A stretch of 41,138 nt of DNA from Candidatus Barnesiella excrementipullorum (GTDB lineage Bacteria; Bacteroidota; Bacteroidia; Bacteroidales; Barnesiellaceae_A). Shown in pieces: positions 1-8,418 of this stretch. The position numbers were made by a program, and so were the translations under genes. Every line of letters starts with the position of its first letter. Within the stretch, counting starts at the first letter, position 1. The notes beneath the pieces were generated by a model. It saw nothing but the letters and a program-made list of their open reading frames with translations. It made no database searches and was not told where the DNA came from. The stretch lies in NCBI GenBank assembly GCA_019114665.1, contig DXFB01000026.1, forward strand, positions 1 to 41,138, given 5' to 3'.

Positions 1-425
1 ATAAGAATTTGTTTTATAGTTTGTTCGTTAATTTGGTTTTCATGGTGTGGAAATGTATTGAATACTATGTTTGCCACAGTATGCCACTATAGCAATAGAG
101 CAATACGGATCACACTTGATAATCAATCGCTTGTGATGTTTTGTGCATCTATGCAAGCGTTTGCTTATTAAGCGGTGGTAAAGGTAATGATAAAAATTTT
201 CATTACAAATACCTTATTTAATTATATATCAAAAAATCAATCTAAAAAATTAATTTTTCCACCTGGAAGTGTCCTCTATTATGCCTTCGAGGCTTTTGTG
301 TCAAGGGGGTTACATGTGTATGGGGGTATAAAATGCGAACTAATAAAATGGGTTGGAGCATAGTCTGTTTTCTAAAATCCGTTTCTTAAAGGCTTGTTGT
401 ATTTTATTGTGTGGGGCTGAAAATT

Positions 426-466
426 GCAACGGGAATCTTGCCTCGCTCGGCAAGAATTCCCGTTGC
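426..466 (-). terminator. Candidate intrinsic terminator downstream of the 541-2313 gene
   Basis: The arms gcaacgggaatcttgcc and ggcaagaattcccgttgc form a 17-bp stem with one bulged base and a 6-nt loop. On the minus strand the stem is followed by AATTTTC. A weaker AU-rich hairpin (520-537) with a T-run lies directly after the stop codon. Confidence 0.5.
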
Positions 467-540
467 CAACAAACACTACTTAATTAAATTAAATAACCAT
501 AAAAACATTAGAAAAATAGATTCTCTTCGCAGAGAATATC

Positions 541-2313
541 TCAGCGTCTTGCAACGCGTTTTATCACAGCCGCAGAGCCGTCGGTATATATTATGCGGGC
601 AATATATATGCCGTCTGTGGGCTCCGACAGCAAGCGGAAACCTTGTATAGAGTAAAATTCTGTATGCGATACCTCTTTGTTGATGCGGGTCGTGCCGACA
701 GCTTCGGGGGTATTGAAGCTCTGTTTGGCCGCATTGTAGACGTTGCAGTCGTTGCGGTCGTCGGGGTTGTAATTGGATACGAATACTACTGCCGTCATAC
801 GGGTCTCGTCCCAATCCTCGGGTATTGTTACCGTATAGCTCATGGTGGCTTCATTGCCGCTCCACGGGATGATATCGCCCCATACATCGTCCGATGCCAC
901 GTCGCGTACCACATTGGCATGTTTGAAGCTGCTCGATGAGATGCCGGCCTGGGCAACGGCTTTCACGCTGTCTTCTACGAGGAAGAGGGTGAGGCGCGAT
1001 TGGGGGCATTGCACGTCGAAGGCATCTATTTTGCTGCATGTTACGGTGATTTTTGCTTCGCGTGTGGTCTCATTGTAGTTTACCACGGGTATGGCCTCTA
1101 CGAGAGAGGGATTGGGGAGTACTGCCTCTATGGCCGAAATGACATCATCGGCATCGGCTATGCTCTCTACGGGGTACTCTTCTGAGAGTCGGCGACGGTC
1201 TACCATTTTGGCCGGTGCATACGAGCCGTCAGGGCCGTATAGCCATACGTAGGTGTCGCTGTCGTCGATGGTGAGCCAGTCGGCTGTGTAACCCGAGTGG
1301 TGTGCTACGTGTACGACCTTGTCGCCGTATACCTTCATGGCATCGTCGATGGCAAAGATGCCTCGGGGGCAGTTGGGGCACTCTTCGGAGGTGAATTGCT
1401 CCAAGAGTACTATGTGGTTGAAGGTATTGTCGTAGGTGGCAAACGGAATAGTCTGGCTGTTGTTGTCGGTGTTGTCATCGGCAACATCGCCTTTTATAGC
1501 GACCGATGTGCTCAGCGACGATACGCCGAGGGGTAGGGCATCGGCCGGTATCTCTATGCGCAAGGTGTCGCGCTGGCGGTATTGCAAGGTCTTCCCGACC
1601 GTGAGTTGCAGCTCTTCTCCGTCGTTTATCTGATAGGTGAGGTTGTAACCCTCTATCGGAGAAGAGGCGACATTGCGTATTACGCATGTAGCGCTGAATG
1701 GTGTGCCTGTGGGTTGCACATTGTTGTCGAAGAAGCAAGACTCTATCTCCAAGTCGTTTGCAGGCAGGTTGTCGCCTTCGATATACATCTCTATGCTTAC
1801 AACTCCCTCGCTTTCGAGGCCCTTGTCTTGCCACTCGTTGTCTTTGGCTAAGTAGTAGCCATATTGCGAGGGCTTGCCTACCAGGGAGATACATTTTGCT
1901 TGCTTTAATTGTTGGGTGAATGAGTAGCCGAGGTAGAGGTCGCTGTTGCCGTCGATAAGGTAGGGGGTGTCGAAGTCGGTTTCGTTCCATCCTGCCGTTT
2001 GTGTGGCAAACGAGCCCGAGGCGGCATTGTCGCCCGTGAGGTCGGTGCGTACCCACCCAACGAGCTCGGTCATGTTTTCGGATGTTGTCAGTCCTACTCT
2101 GATACCTGTGATATGTGTGCCGGCATATTGCGCAAGCATTTCCTGGGGGAAACATACGGCAACCGAGATAGTACCTATGCCCGATTTGCCTACGCCTTTC
2201 TCTGCCAGCTCGCCGTCGCAGTACCCTACTATCAGCGATGCGGCTTGTGCCGAGTGTCCCGACAGAACCGTAAGACATAGGATGATAAATGTATAAAGTA
2301 TATTTCGTGTCAT
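541..2313 (-). CDS. T9SS-secreted protein with a thioredoxin-like CxxC domain (possibly Omp28-related) and a C-terminal T9SS sorting domain
   Basis: 590-aa ORF. It has an N-terminal signal peptide (MTRNILYTFIILCLTVLSGHSAQA). The motif LLEQFTSEECPNCPRG is a thioredoxin-fold CxxC. The C-terminus YSIQGFRLLSEPTDGIYIARIIYTDGSAAVIKRV matches the type A Por secretion tail pattern. Confidence 0.8.
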   Translation of the reverse strand: MTRNILYTFIILCLTVLSGHSAQAASLIVGYCDGELAEKGVGKSGIGTISVAVCFPQEMLAQYAGTHITGIRVGLTTSENMTELVGWVRTDLTGDNAASGSFATQTAGWNETDFDTPYLIDGNSDLYLGYSFTQQLKQAKCISLVGKPSQYGYYLAKDNEWQDKGLESEGVVSIEMYIEGDNLPANDLEIESCFFDNNVQPTGTPFSATCVIRNVASSPIEGYNLTYQINDGEELQLTVGKTLQYRQRDTLRIEIPADALPLGVSSLSTSVAIKGDVADDNTDNNSQTIPFATYDNTFNHIVLLEQFTSEECPNCPRGIFAIDDAMKVYGDKVVHVAHHSGYTADWLTIDDSDTYVWLYGPDGSYAPAKMVDRRRLSEEYPVESIADADDVISAIEAVLPNPSLVEAIPVVNYNETTREAKITVTCSKIDAFDVQCPQSRLTLFLVEDSVKAVAQAGISSSSFKHANVVRDVASDDVWGDIIPWSGNEATMSYTVTIPEDWDETRMTAVVFVSNYNPDDRNDCNVYNAAKQSFNTPEAVGTTRINKEVSHTEFYSIQGFRLLSEPTDGIYIARIIYTDGSAAVIKRVARR

Positions 2314-2335
2314 ATCAATAGCCGTATTATGGATG

Positions 2336-2377
2336 AGAAAAAGGCGACTGTTATGTTCCGGAACATAACAGTCGCCT
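2336..2377 (-). terminator. Rho-independent terminator after the 2389-4497 gene
   Basis: Perfect 16-bp stem (aggcgactgttatgtt / aacataacagtcgcct) with loop ccgg. On the minus strand it is followed by UUUUCUC. It begins 12 nt after the stop codon. Confidence 0.8.
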
Positions 2378-2388
2378 GTGAGTAACTA

Positions 2389-4497
2389 TTATCTAACAAC
2401 CTTTACTGCTTGGTTGCCAACGCGTACGATGTAGACGCCTTTCTGTGTGAGGCGCGATGTCACTACTGTGTTGCCTGTGGCATCGGCTTTTATAAGGGCA
2501 CCGCCTACGGTATAGATGTATACGGGTTCTCCCGCGGGATTCTCAATGCGCAACTCGTCACCTGCGACGTAGGCTTTTGCAACTTTGTCAGCATCGATAG
2601 CCATCACTGCGTCGGGTGCATCGACATATACTTCCTCCGATGCCTCGCTGTACATGATTTCATCGCCGTAAACGGGGTCGATTGTTACGGGGAAGTATCC
2701 GTTTACGTTGTAGCTGAAGAAGCTGCCTGCCGTTTTTCCGGGTGTTTCTATGACAGCTTGCAGTACGTTAGGTTCGTCGGTCTTCGCTTTGCGGTAGGGG
2801 AATCTGATATATTCGTCTTTATTAAGAGTTTGCGTCACTTTCAGGTCGTCGAGATAGATGACGTCGCCGCCTTCTGTGGCATCGTATACCATGATGTAGA
2901 TTTCGCAACCGTTTACGCCGCCTTCGAGTTCATAAGAGAAATCTTGCCATGTGGTGCCGACAGATACGCCTACATAGCCCGGGAAAGGAACACCCTCTTC
3001 GAAGTTAACCAGTGAAAGGACGAGCACGGCATCGTCGAGGAAACTCTTGGCTTTGAATTCGACTTTTACTTTGCCGCCGCCGTTAGAGAGGTCGAAGGTG
3101 GGAGAGAGCAGGAAGCCCGGAATGCCCCAGTCGGCCATCATGTTGGTAATGCCGAGGATGCCGGCATCATCGGGTGTGAAACCGGTGAGGCCTAAGTCGA
3201 CCATCCATCCGGGTTGTTGCATGTATTTGTCCATGTAGTTTAATTGGACGAGTGTTTGAGGACCCTCTTCTGTGCCGCCGGGCATGAGGTCGAAGTTCTC
3301 ATCGGTGAGTACCAGAACTTCTCCATCGGCTTGTGCAATATGGTGTTTTGTTACGTTTACTTCATAGCCGTATGCAAAGGGTGCGGCATTCCAGTTGGCT
3401 GTAAAGCTCTCGTCTGTAACATCGGTGGCGGGAAGAGCCTCGGGAGTGCCGACAGCATCGGGTGAGAAGTATCCAAAGAATGTACCGGCAGGCGACAGGT
3501 GTTCGCCATCGGTGGCTTTCACTTCCAGACGGTAGTAGGTACCGGCAACGATGGGGAAGTCAATGATGCAGGTCGTGTCGGCCGATTGTAGGTCATATTC
3601 GGGCAGGGCATATACTCCGTTGTCTATATCGTAGAGAGCTACATGGTATGATGTTGCATTTTCTACCTTCGACCAACTGGCAGAGATTTGGTCTAAGCTC
3701 AGCAAAGACATATCTTTTACGATGGGTTTGCCAATGCCGTAGTCGTAAGCAATCACCTCAAAATCGTCGAAATATACCATACCTTGCATGCCGTGTAACA
3801 ATATCATAGAACGGTTACCGCCACCGGTAAAGTCCATTTCACACTCTGTCCACTCAGATGTTATGTCGTATCCGCGAGCGTTTATAATACTGCCGGTAGC
3901 GTTATCGAGAGTCCAAGTTTGTAATGCTTGTGTCTCTTGCATGGGGTTGGCACTGCGGGCACGGAATTTCAGTTTGTAAGCACCCCCGGTTGCGGCCAAA
4001 TTCAGTTCCGGTGTAAGTAAGGTGCCGGGGCCGTCATCGCCAACTTCGTCAAGACCCAGGTAGGCTACACCGCCGGCTTGGTAGGCAAGAAATCCGTTCC
4101 ATCCGGGTGTCTGCATGTAAGTTTGCATGGTGGTACTGTCGGTTGTAATGTCTGTTGCATCGGGATTGCCTTCGCTGCCGGCCGTCCATTTGGAGAAATC
4201 TTCAGAAAGTACGACTACCTCTTCGGGTGTAAAATCGGCGTTTTCTATGGCGGGAGCTTTTTGTATTGTGGAGGTGGGCTCGTTTCTCAAAAATTTAACA
4301 AAGTCGGCTGCTTCGTATTTTGAGCCTGCTTCGCTTTTTAAGAAACTTCTTAGCGGGGCGGGAAGTTCCGACAATGCCTTTGCCTCTCGTACTTGGTCGA
4401 GGTTGACTACTTCGATGGGGCGGCTTGTGTCGGCATAACCCAGAGGCGCGAGGCCCAAAGAGCAAGTTGCTAATACAAGGAATAGTTTTCTTTTCAT
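2389..4497 (-). CDS. T9SS cargo protein with the layout signal peptide, beta-sandwich, two FN3-like domains, second beta-sandwich, T9SS C-terminal domain
   Basis: 702-aa ORF with signal peptide MKRKLFLVLATCSLGLAPLGYA. FN3-like segments are present (ISASWSKVENATSYHVALYD and ESFTANWNAAPFAYGYEVNV). Two homologous modules each end in YFDDFEV or YLDDLKV. The C-terminus VYIYTVGGALIKADATGNTVVTSRLTQKGVYIVRVGNQAVKVV is a T9SS sorting domain. Confidence 0.85.
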   Translation of the reverse strand: MKRKLFLVLATCSLGLAPLGYADTSRPIEVVNLDQVREAKALSELPAPLRSFLKSEAGSKYEAADFVKFLRNEPTSTIQKAPAIENADFTPEEVVVLSEDFSKWTAGSEGNPDATDITTDSTTMQTYMQTPGWNGFLAYQAGGVAYLGLDEVGDDGPGTLLTPELNLAATGGAYKLKFRARSANPMQETQALQTWTLDNATGSIINARGYDITSEWTECEMDFTGGGNRSMILLHGMQGMVYFDDFEVIAYDYGIGKPIVKDMSLLSLDQISASWSKVENATSYHVALYDIDNGVYALPEYDLQSADTTCIIDFPIVAGTYYRLEVKATDGEHLSPAGTFFGYFSPDAVGTPEALPATDVTDESFTANWNAAPFAYGYEVNVTKHHIAQADGEVLVLTDENFDLMPGGTEEGPQTLVQLNYMDKYMQQPGWMVDLGLTGFTPDDAGILGITNMMADWGIPGFLLSPTFDLSNGGGKVKVEFKAKSFLDDAVLVLSLVNFEEGVPFPGYVGVSVGTTWQDFSYELEGGVNGCEIYIMVYDATEGGDVIYLDDLKVTQTLNKDEYIRFPYRKAKTDEPNVLQAVIETPGKTAGSFFSYNVNGYFPVTIDPVYGDEIMYSEASEEVYVDAPDAVMAIDADKVAKAYVAGDELRIENPAGEPVYIYTVGGALIKADATGNTVVTSRLTQKGVYIVRVGNQAVKVVR

Positions 4498-4555
4498 AAT
4501 TTGAGATTTTAGGATGAATAACTAAAATAATGCAGAAAAACCTGTCGTCTTTCGA

Positions 4556-4586
4556 CAAATTTATAAGAGCGAAAATCTATTTCAAA
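4556..4586 (-). promoter_or_regulatory. Bacteroidetes sigma-A type promoter for the 2389-4497 gene
   Basis: Read on the minus strand, TTTG (4586-4583) is followed by a 19-nt spacer and then TAaaTTTG (4563-4556). This lies about 60 nt upstream of the ATG at 4497. Confidence 0.5.
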
Positions 4587-4771
4587 GGAAACGTCGAGGA
4601 TAAAACGACCTACAAAACCTCTAAAACCTCTGTTTTTATATCTACAATACGTATATAATATGCTGATTATTAAATATATTTATTATATACACATATAAAA
4701 TGAAAACTTCCTTGATAAAAAACTTTGTGATTAATAAAACGTGTTATAAGATGGGTGAAATAAAAATATTT

Positions 4772-6418
4772 CTATATTTCCTGTAAGAAATCGACTAAAT
4801 CTTCATCGGATGAGAGGCGCAAAGTCTTGCGCAAACGGTAGCGTCCCATGTTGATGGATTTTAATTGATTGCCTGTCAGGAACGAGATTTCGTGTGTGGT
4901 AAAATTCATCCGCAGGAATACTGCCAGCTTCTTGTCGTTTTCGGTAATTTCGGGAAAACGTTTCTCCAATCTCTCTACAAAAGCCGCATTTTCGTTATTT
5001 AATCGTTCGGAGTATGGATTCTCTTTTGCAGGAAGCATGTTTTGGGCGATAAAGCTGTTTACGTTACGTAGCTGAGCCTGCTGGTCGGTATCGACCTGCT
5101 TATATGCCTGCCGTATCATTGTCCGTATTTTTGCGAGCAGGCCGTTGAAGCTGCAATAGAAACGATAGAAATAGTCTGCTTGCGCTTCTAAGTTTTTCAG
5201 GTTGAGCTCTAATGTCTCTATCTGTTTCTGGGCTTCTTCGTTCGAGGGCGATGCAGGCCGTGACTCGTCGTTGCAGGTGTTGGCCCTGTCGTGCCGACGG
5301 CGGTGAAGGTAAATGGCATATCCGCTTATGGCCGCTGCAACCAGCAGCAGAGCGATGCTTGTCCATAACCATATCTTGTAATCGCGCCAGCCTGTGTTGT
5401 GTGTTATTGTGACGGGTGTCTCTTCGTTTACGGTGGCAATGTGTGTTTGACACCAGTCGAGCAATGCATATACGTATTGTTGGTGTGTAAATATTTGTTG
5501 CATCTGCTTTTCTACATACTTTGAATGCAGGTCCTCGCGTTGTACGGCGCAACTGTATGCCATGGGGTAGTCTTTTTGTGCGGCGTAAATCTCCCCTTTC
5601 AGCTGGTAGCAGTTTATAAGGACCTCTTGCAACCCGTATTGCTCGGCGTAGGAGACCGACTTGTTGATTGCATCGAGAGCCTGGGGATAGTGCCTTGTGC
5701 CGAAGTAGTAGCGCGACAGGGCAAGGTGGTTGGAGGCATAAAGGACGGTGAACTCTTTCTCAAAGGCGAGTTTGATACCCCGGTTGAGCAGTTCGAGTTT
5801 TACGCTGTCATTCTTCTCTATCTCTTCCATATAGATAAGAATGATGCAGTAAAGCATGTCGAGGTTGTGAGCTTCGGCCACAGAGAGGGCCTCTGTGTAG
5901 TATGAGAGTGCCTTGACGCTGTTACCCTCGCGTTTGTGCAGGGTGCCTAAGTTGCAGCATACCTTGACAAACTCTTCGTAATAGTCGCTCTGTTTGTAGA
6001 ATGCGTAGGCTTTGAGAAAGAGATTGCGGGATTTTTCGTTCTCTCTTCTGTAAAGGTATATGCCGGCCAGGCCCGATTGGATGCTGTAATATAGTGTCTG
6101 CTTGTCTTGGGGACAATAGGCGGCAGCTCTCTCGAAGAGTTCGAGGCTGATGCTCCATTCGTTGTTTTGGATGAGGAACCAGCCGTATTGGCTCAGGGCT
6201 TCGGAGCAGCAGTAGGCCATCTCGGGTTCTCCTGCGGCGTGAAGCCGTTGCAGTATATCTATCAGTTGATGTGCCGATTGCTCGTTGCGAAGCTCTGTTA
6301 CGTCGAATAACGAGTCCCGGAGGGATGGCGTGGCAGAGTTCCCCTTGCATAGCGGTATGCAAAAGAGCAAGAGAAGTACGGAAACAAGTTTTATAATAGC
6401 ACAATTTCTCAAAACCAT
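4772..6418 (-). CDS. TPR-repeat, single-pass membrane transcriptional regulator with a C-terminal LuxR/GerE-type HTH
   Basis: The ORF is open to 6484, but MVLRNCAIIKLVSVLLLLFCIPLC (ATG at 6418) gives a signal/anchor at the N-terminus. It has TPR-like helical repeats and a transmembrane segment (IWLWTSIALLLVAAAISGYAIYL). The C-terminus NDKKLAVFLRMNFTTHEISFLTGNQLKSINMGRYRLRKTL is HTH-like. Confidence 0.75.
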   Translation of the reverse strand: MVLRNCAIIKLVSVLLLLFCIPLCKGNSATPSLRDSLFDVTELRNEQSAHQLIDILQRLHAAGEPEMAYCCSEALSQYGWFLIQNNEWSISLELFERAAAYCPQDKQTLYYSIQSGLAGIYLYRRENEKSRNLFLKAYAFYKQSDYYEEFVKVCCNLGTLHKREGNSVKALSYYTEALSVAEAHNLDMLYCIILIYMEEIEKNDSVKLELLNRGIKLAFEKEFTVLYASNHLALSRYYFGTRHYPQALDAINKSVSYAEQYGLQEVLINCYQLKGEIYAAQKDYPMAYSCAVQREDLHSKYVEKQMQQIFTHQQYVYALLDWCQTHIATVNEETPVTITHNTGWRDYKIWLWTSIALLLVAAAISGYAIYLHRRRHDRANTCNDESRPASPSNEEAQKQIETLELNLKNLEAQADYFYRFYCSFNGLLAKIRTMIRQAYKQVDTDQQAQLRNVNSFIAQNMLPAKENPYSERLNNENAAFVERLEKRFPEITENDKKLAVFLRMNFTTHEISFLTGNQLKSINMGRYRLRKTLRLSSDEDLVDFLQEI

Positions 6419-6591
6419 GTATGTTTTTATGGTTCGTTCACGGGCGACGGTACTGGTGGCGTTGTCATTGTAACCGACCGGCAACTTGTCGCTTGTATAG
6501 TAGTGTCTCTCTCCTTGCCGGGGATGGGCGGAGTATTCTCCTGCAAAACTACTAAATTTTTGCTATTTTGTCAAGGTGGTATAAAGTGACT

Positions 6592-8418
6592 CTAAGGTTG
6601 TTTCTTTATGACCATTTCGCAGTGTTGGCAATCGAAATGGAGTCCGAGACGTGTGTTTCCGTACGTCAAATAGAGCGGACCTTGCAGGCGTTTCCCTTGT
6701 GGCGTGCGAAGACATGCTCCCAGGTATCGTCTTATGCAGTGGCGCGTGCGCATGAGCTCGGCCTCCTCGACGGGGGTTATCTCAAAAGCCGGCTCGATGT
6801 GTTGGGCTCCGTGTGCGGTATAGAAATCGCGTGCTGTGGCGTTGGCCACGTTGGCGCGATAGTCTAATTGGGCCGATAGCACGTCGTTGTGGGTGCGTGC
6901 TGTATGACGCCGGGGGGCGCGGTAGGCCAGTCGCCTTGCCGTCTGAAACCATGAGATTGCCGTGCGCCGCCACTCGGTCAATTGCGACATGGGGATAAAG
7001 TAGTCGCAGGAGGTCTCTACCGTGACTTGGGTTGCAACGAATGGGGTGTTGCCCAGCTTGGAGAGTTCGGCCTTGATGCGTTCGCGCTGCGGGGCACGTG
7101 CCGGAGTCTTCGCTGTGTCGCAGCGGTGTGTAGTGAGGGTGTTGCCGTCGCTTATATCTATGGCAAAACCGGTGGGAAGTTCATAGAAACGGAGGGTGAC
7201 GGCGATGGTGCGCCGTGCTGTGGGGCGGGCTAGCTCGGTGTTGAAGCGGATGTCGCTATTGCGGAAAAGTTGTATGCCCGGGGTGAGTTTTTGCGGAGAG
7301 GCGGCATAGAGTTGCCTGCCTTCGGCTCGGTTGAGTCTGAATCCGCTAAAATTCCCGTTGGCGTCGATATAGCAGAGCCCGTCGCCATTGTGCAGTGCGA
7401 CGGTGCCGTCGTAGCGGAATGTGCGGCTGTCGGTGACTGCGGTTACCTTACCGACCGGTTCGCCCATAGATTTGGGCGTGGCGGCCTGAATAATCGGTTC
7501 CTCGGGTTGGCGATTGAGGAAGTAGGTGGTAAATCCCCGGTTGAAACTCTTGCGGGGATTGGGGGTGAATGTTATCTCAGAGACTCCGTCTGAGGCGCGG
7601 CGGTACTCGTGGGGACGGCGTGCCAGAATCTTGTCAATCTGTGCGCGGTAGTATGCCGTGACGTTCTTGACATAGGCGGTCTCTTTGAGTCGGCCCTCGA
7701 TTTTGAGTGAAGAGATGCCTGCGTCGAGGAGTTTTTCTATCGAGTCGCTCAGATTGAGGTCTTTGAGCGAGAGCAAGTGGCGGTCGCGGGCTATAACCTT
7801 ACCGGTGGCGTCGGTCAGGGTGTAGGGCAGGCGGCAGCATTGGGCGCATTCGCCCCGGTTGGCGCTGCGGCCTGTCGTGGCGGCACTCAGGTAGCACTGT
7901 CCGCTGTAACTTACGCACAGAGCTCCGTGTACAAAGGCTTCGAGGGCTACATCGGTAGTGGCTGCTATTGCCTCTATCTCTTTGAGGGAGAGCTCTCGTG
8001 CCAAAACAACCTGCGAGAAGCCTGCATCGGCAAGGAATTTTACCTTTTCGGGCGTTCGGTTGTCGCATTGTGTGCTGGCGTGGAGGGCTATGGGGGGTAA
8101 ATCGAGTTGCAGCAATGCCATGTCCTGTACGATGAGTGCGTCTACCCCGGCTCGATAGAGTTGCCATGCTATTTGCTCGGCTTCGGCCAGTTCGTGGTCA
8201 TACAGGATGGTGTTGAGGGCTGCATAGATGCGGGCATTGTATGGGTGGGCAAAGTCGCACAGGCGGGCTATCTCCTCGATTGAGCACCCGGCCGCAGCTC
8301 TTGCTCCAAAACGGGGGGCTCCTATATATACGGCGTCGGCTCCGTGCAGAATGGCCTCACGCCCCGTGGTGGCATCTTTGGCCGGCGATAGCAACTCTAT
8401 GGCACGTGGCTGGCTCAT
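6592..8418 (-). CDS. Peptidase U32 family Fe-S protein, long form, similar in size to RlhA/YdcP
   Basis: It carries the U32 signature EAFVHGALCVSYSGQCYLS followed by RGECAQCC (a Cys cluster). The N-terminus is MSQPRAIELLSPAKDATTGREAILHGADAVYIG. The ORF is open to 8493, but the ATG at 8418 forms an ATGA overlap with the metA stop codon. Confidence 0.85.
   Translation of the reverse strand: MSQPRAIELLSPAKDATTGREAILHGADAVYIGAPRFGARAAAGCSIEEIARLCDFAHPYNARIYAALNTILYDHELAEAEQIAWQLYRAGVDALIVQDMALLQLDLPPIALHASTQCDNRTPEKVKFLADAGFSQVVLARELSLKEIEAIAATTDVALEAFVHGALCVSYSGQCYLSAATTGRSANRGECAQCCRLPYTLTDATGKVIARDRHLLSLKDLNLSDSIEKLLDAGISSLKIEGRLKETAYVKNVTAYYRAQIDKILARRPHEYRRASDGVSEITFTPNPRKSFNRGFTTYFLNRQPEEPIIQAATPKSMGEPVGKVTAVTDSRTFRYDGTVALHNGDGLCYIDANGNFSGFRLNRAEGRQLYAASPQKLTPGIQLFRNSDIRFNTELARPTARRTIAVTLRFYELPTGFAIDISDGNTLTTHRCDTAKTPARAPQRERIKAELSKLGNTPFVATQVTVETSCDYFIPMSQLTEWRRTAISWFQTARRLAYRAPRRHTARTHNDVLSAQLDYRANVANATARDFYTAHGAQHIEPAFEITPVEEAELMRTRHCIRRYLGACLRTPQGKRLQGPLYLTYGNTRLGLHFDCQHCEMVIKKQP

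Noticed and set aside
175-363. 62-aa ORF in the AT-rich leftmost spacer
   Set aside because: It has no recognisable motif and uses a GTG start in the ORF track. Its AT-rich, low-complexity translation has no promoter box positioned upstream. It is most likely non-coding spacer.
411-470. GGGGCTGAAAATTGCAACGGGA... resembles the 5' end of tmRNA (GGGGCUGA...ACGGGA)
   Set aside because: No tRNA-like 3' end (GGUUCAACUCC...CCACCA), tag reading frame or pseudoknot region follows. The next 350 nt on this strand are antisense to a well-supported CDS. The segment is better explained as the terminator hairpin of the 541-2313 gene.
6419-6484. N-terminal extensions of the longest ORFs: regulator 6484, U32 8493, lipoprotein 17647, pdxB 26257 and comF 20327
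   Set aside because: In each case an internal ATG gives a canonical N-terminus, such as a signal peptide, a lipobox or a family-typical start. The extension overlaps the upstream gene or regulatory hairpins, so the shorter coordinates are reported.
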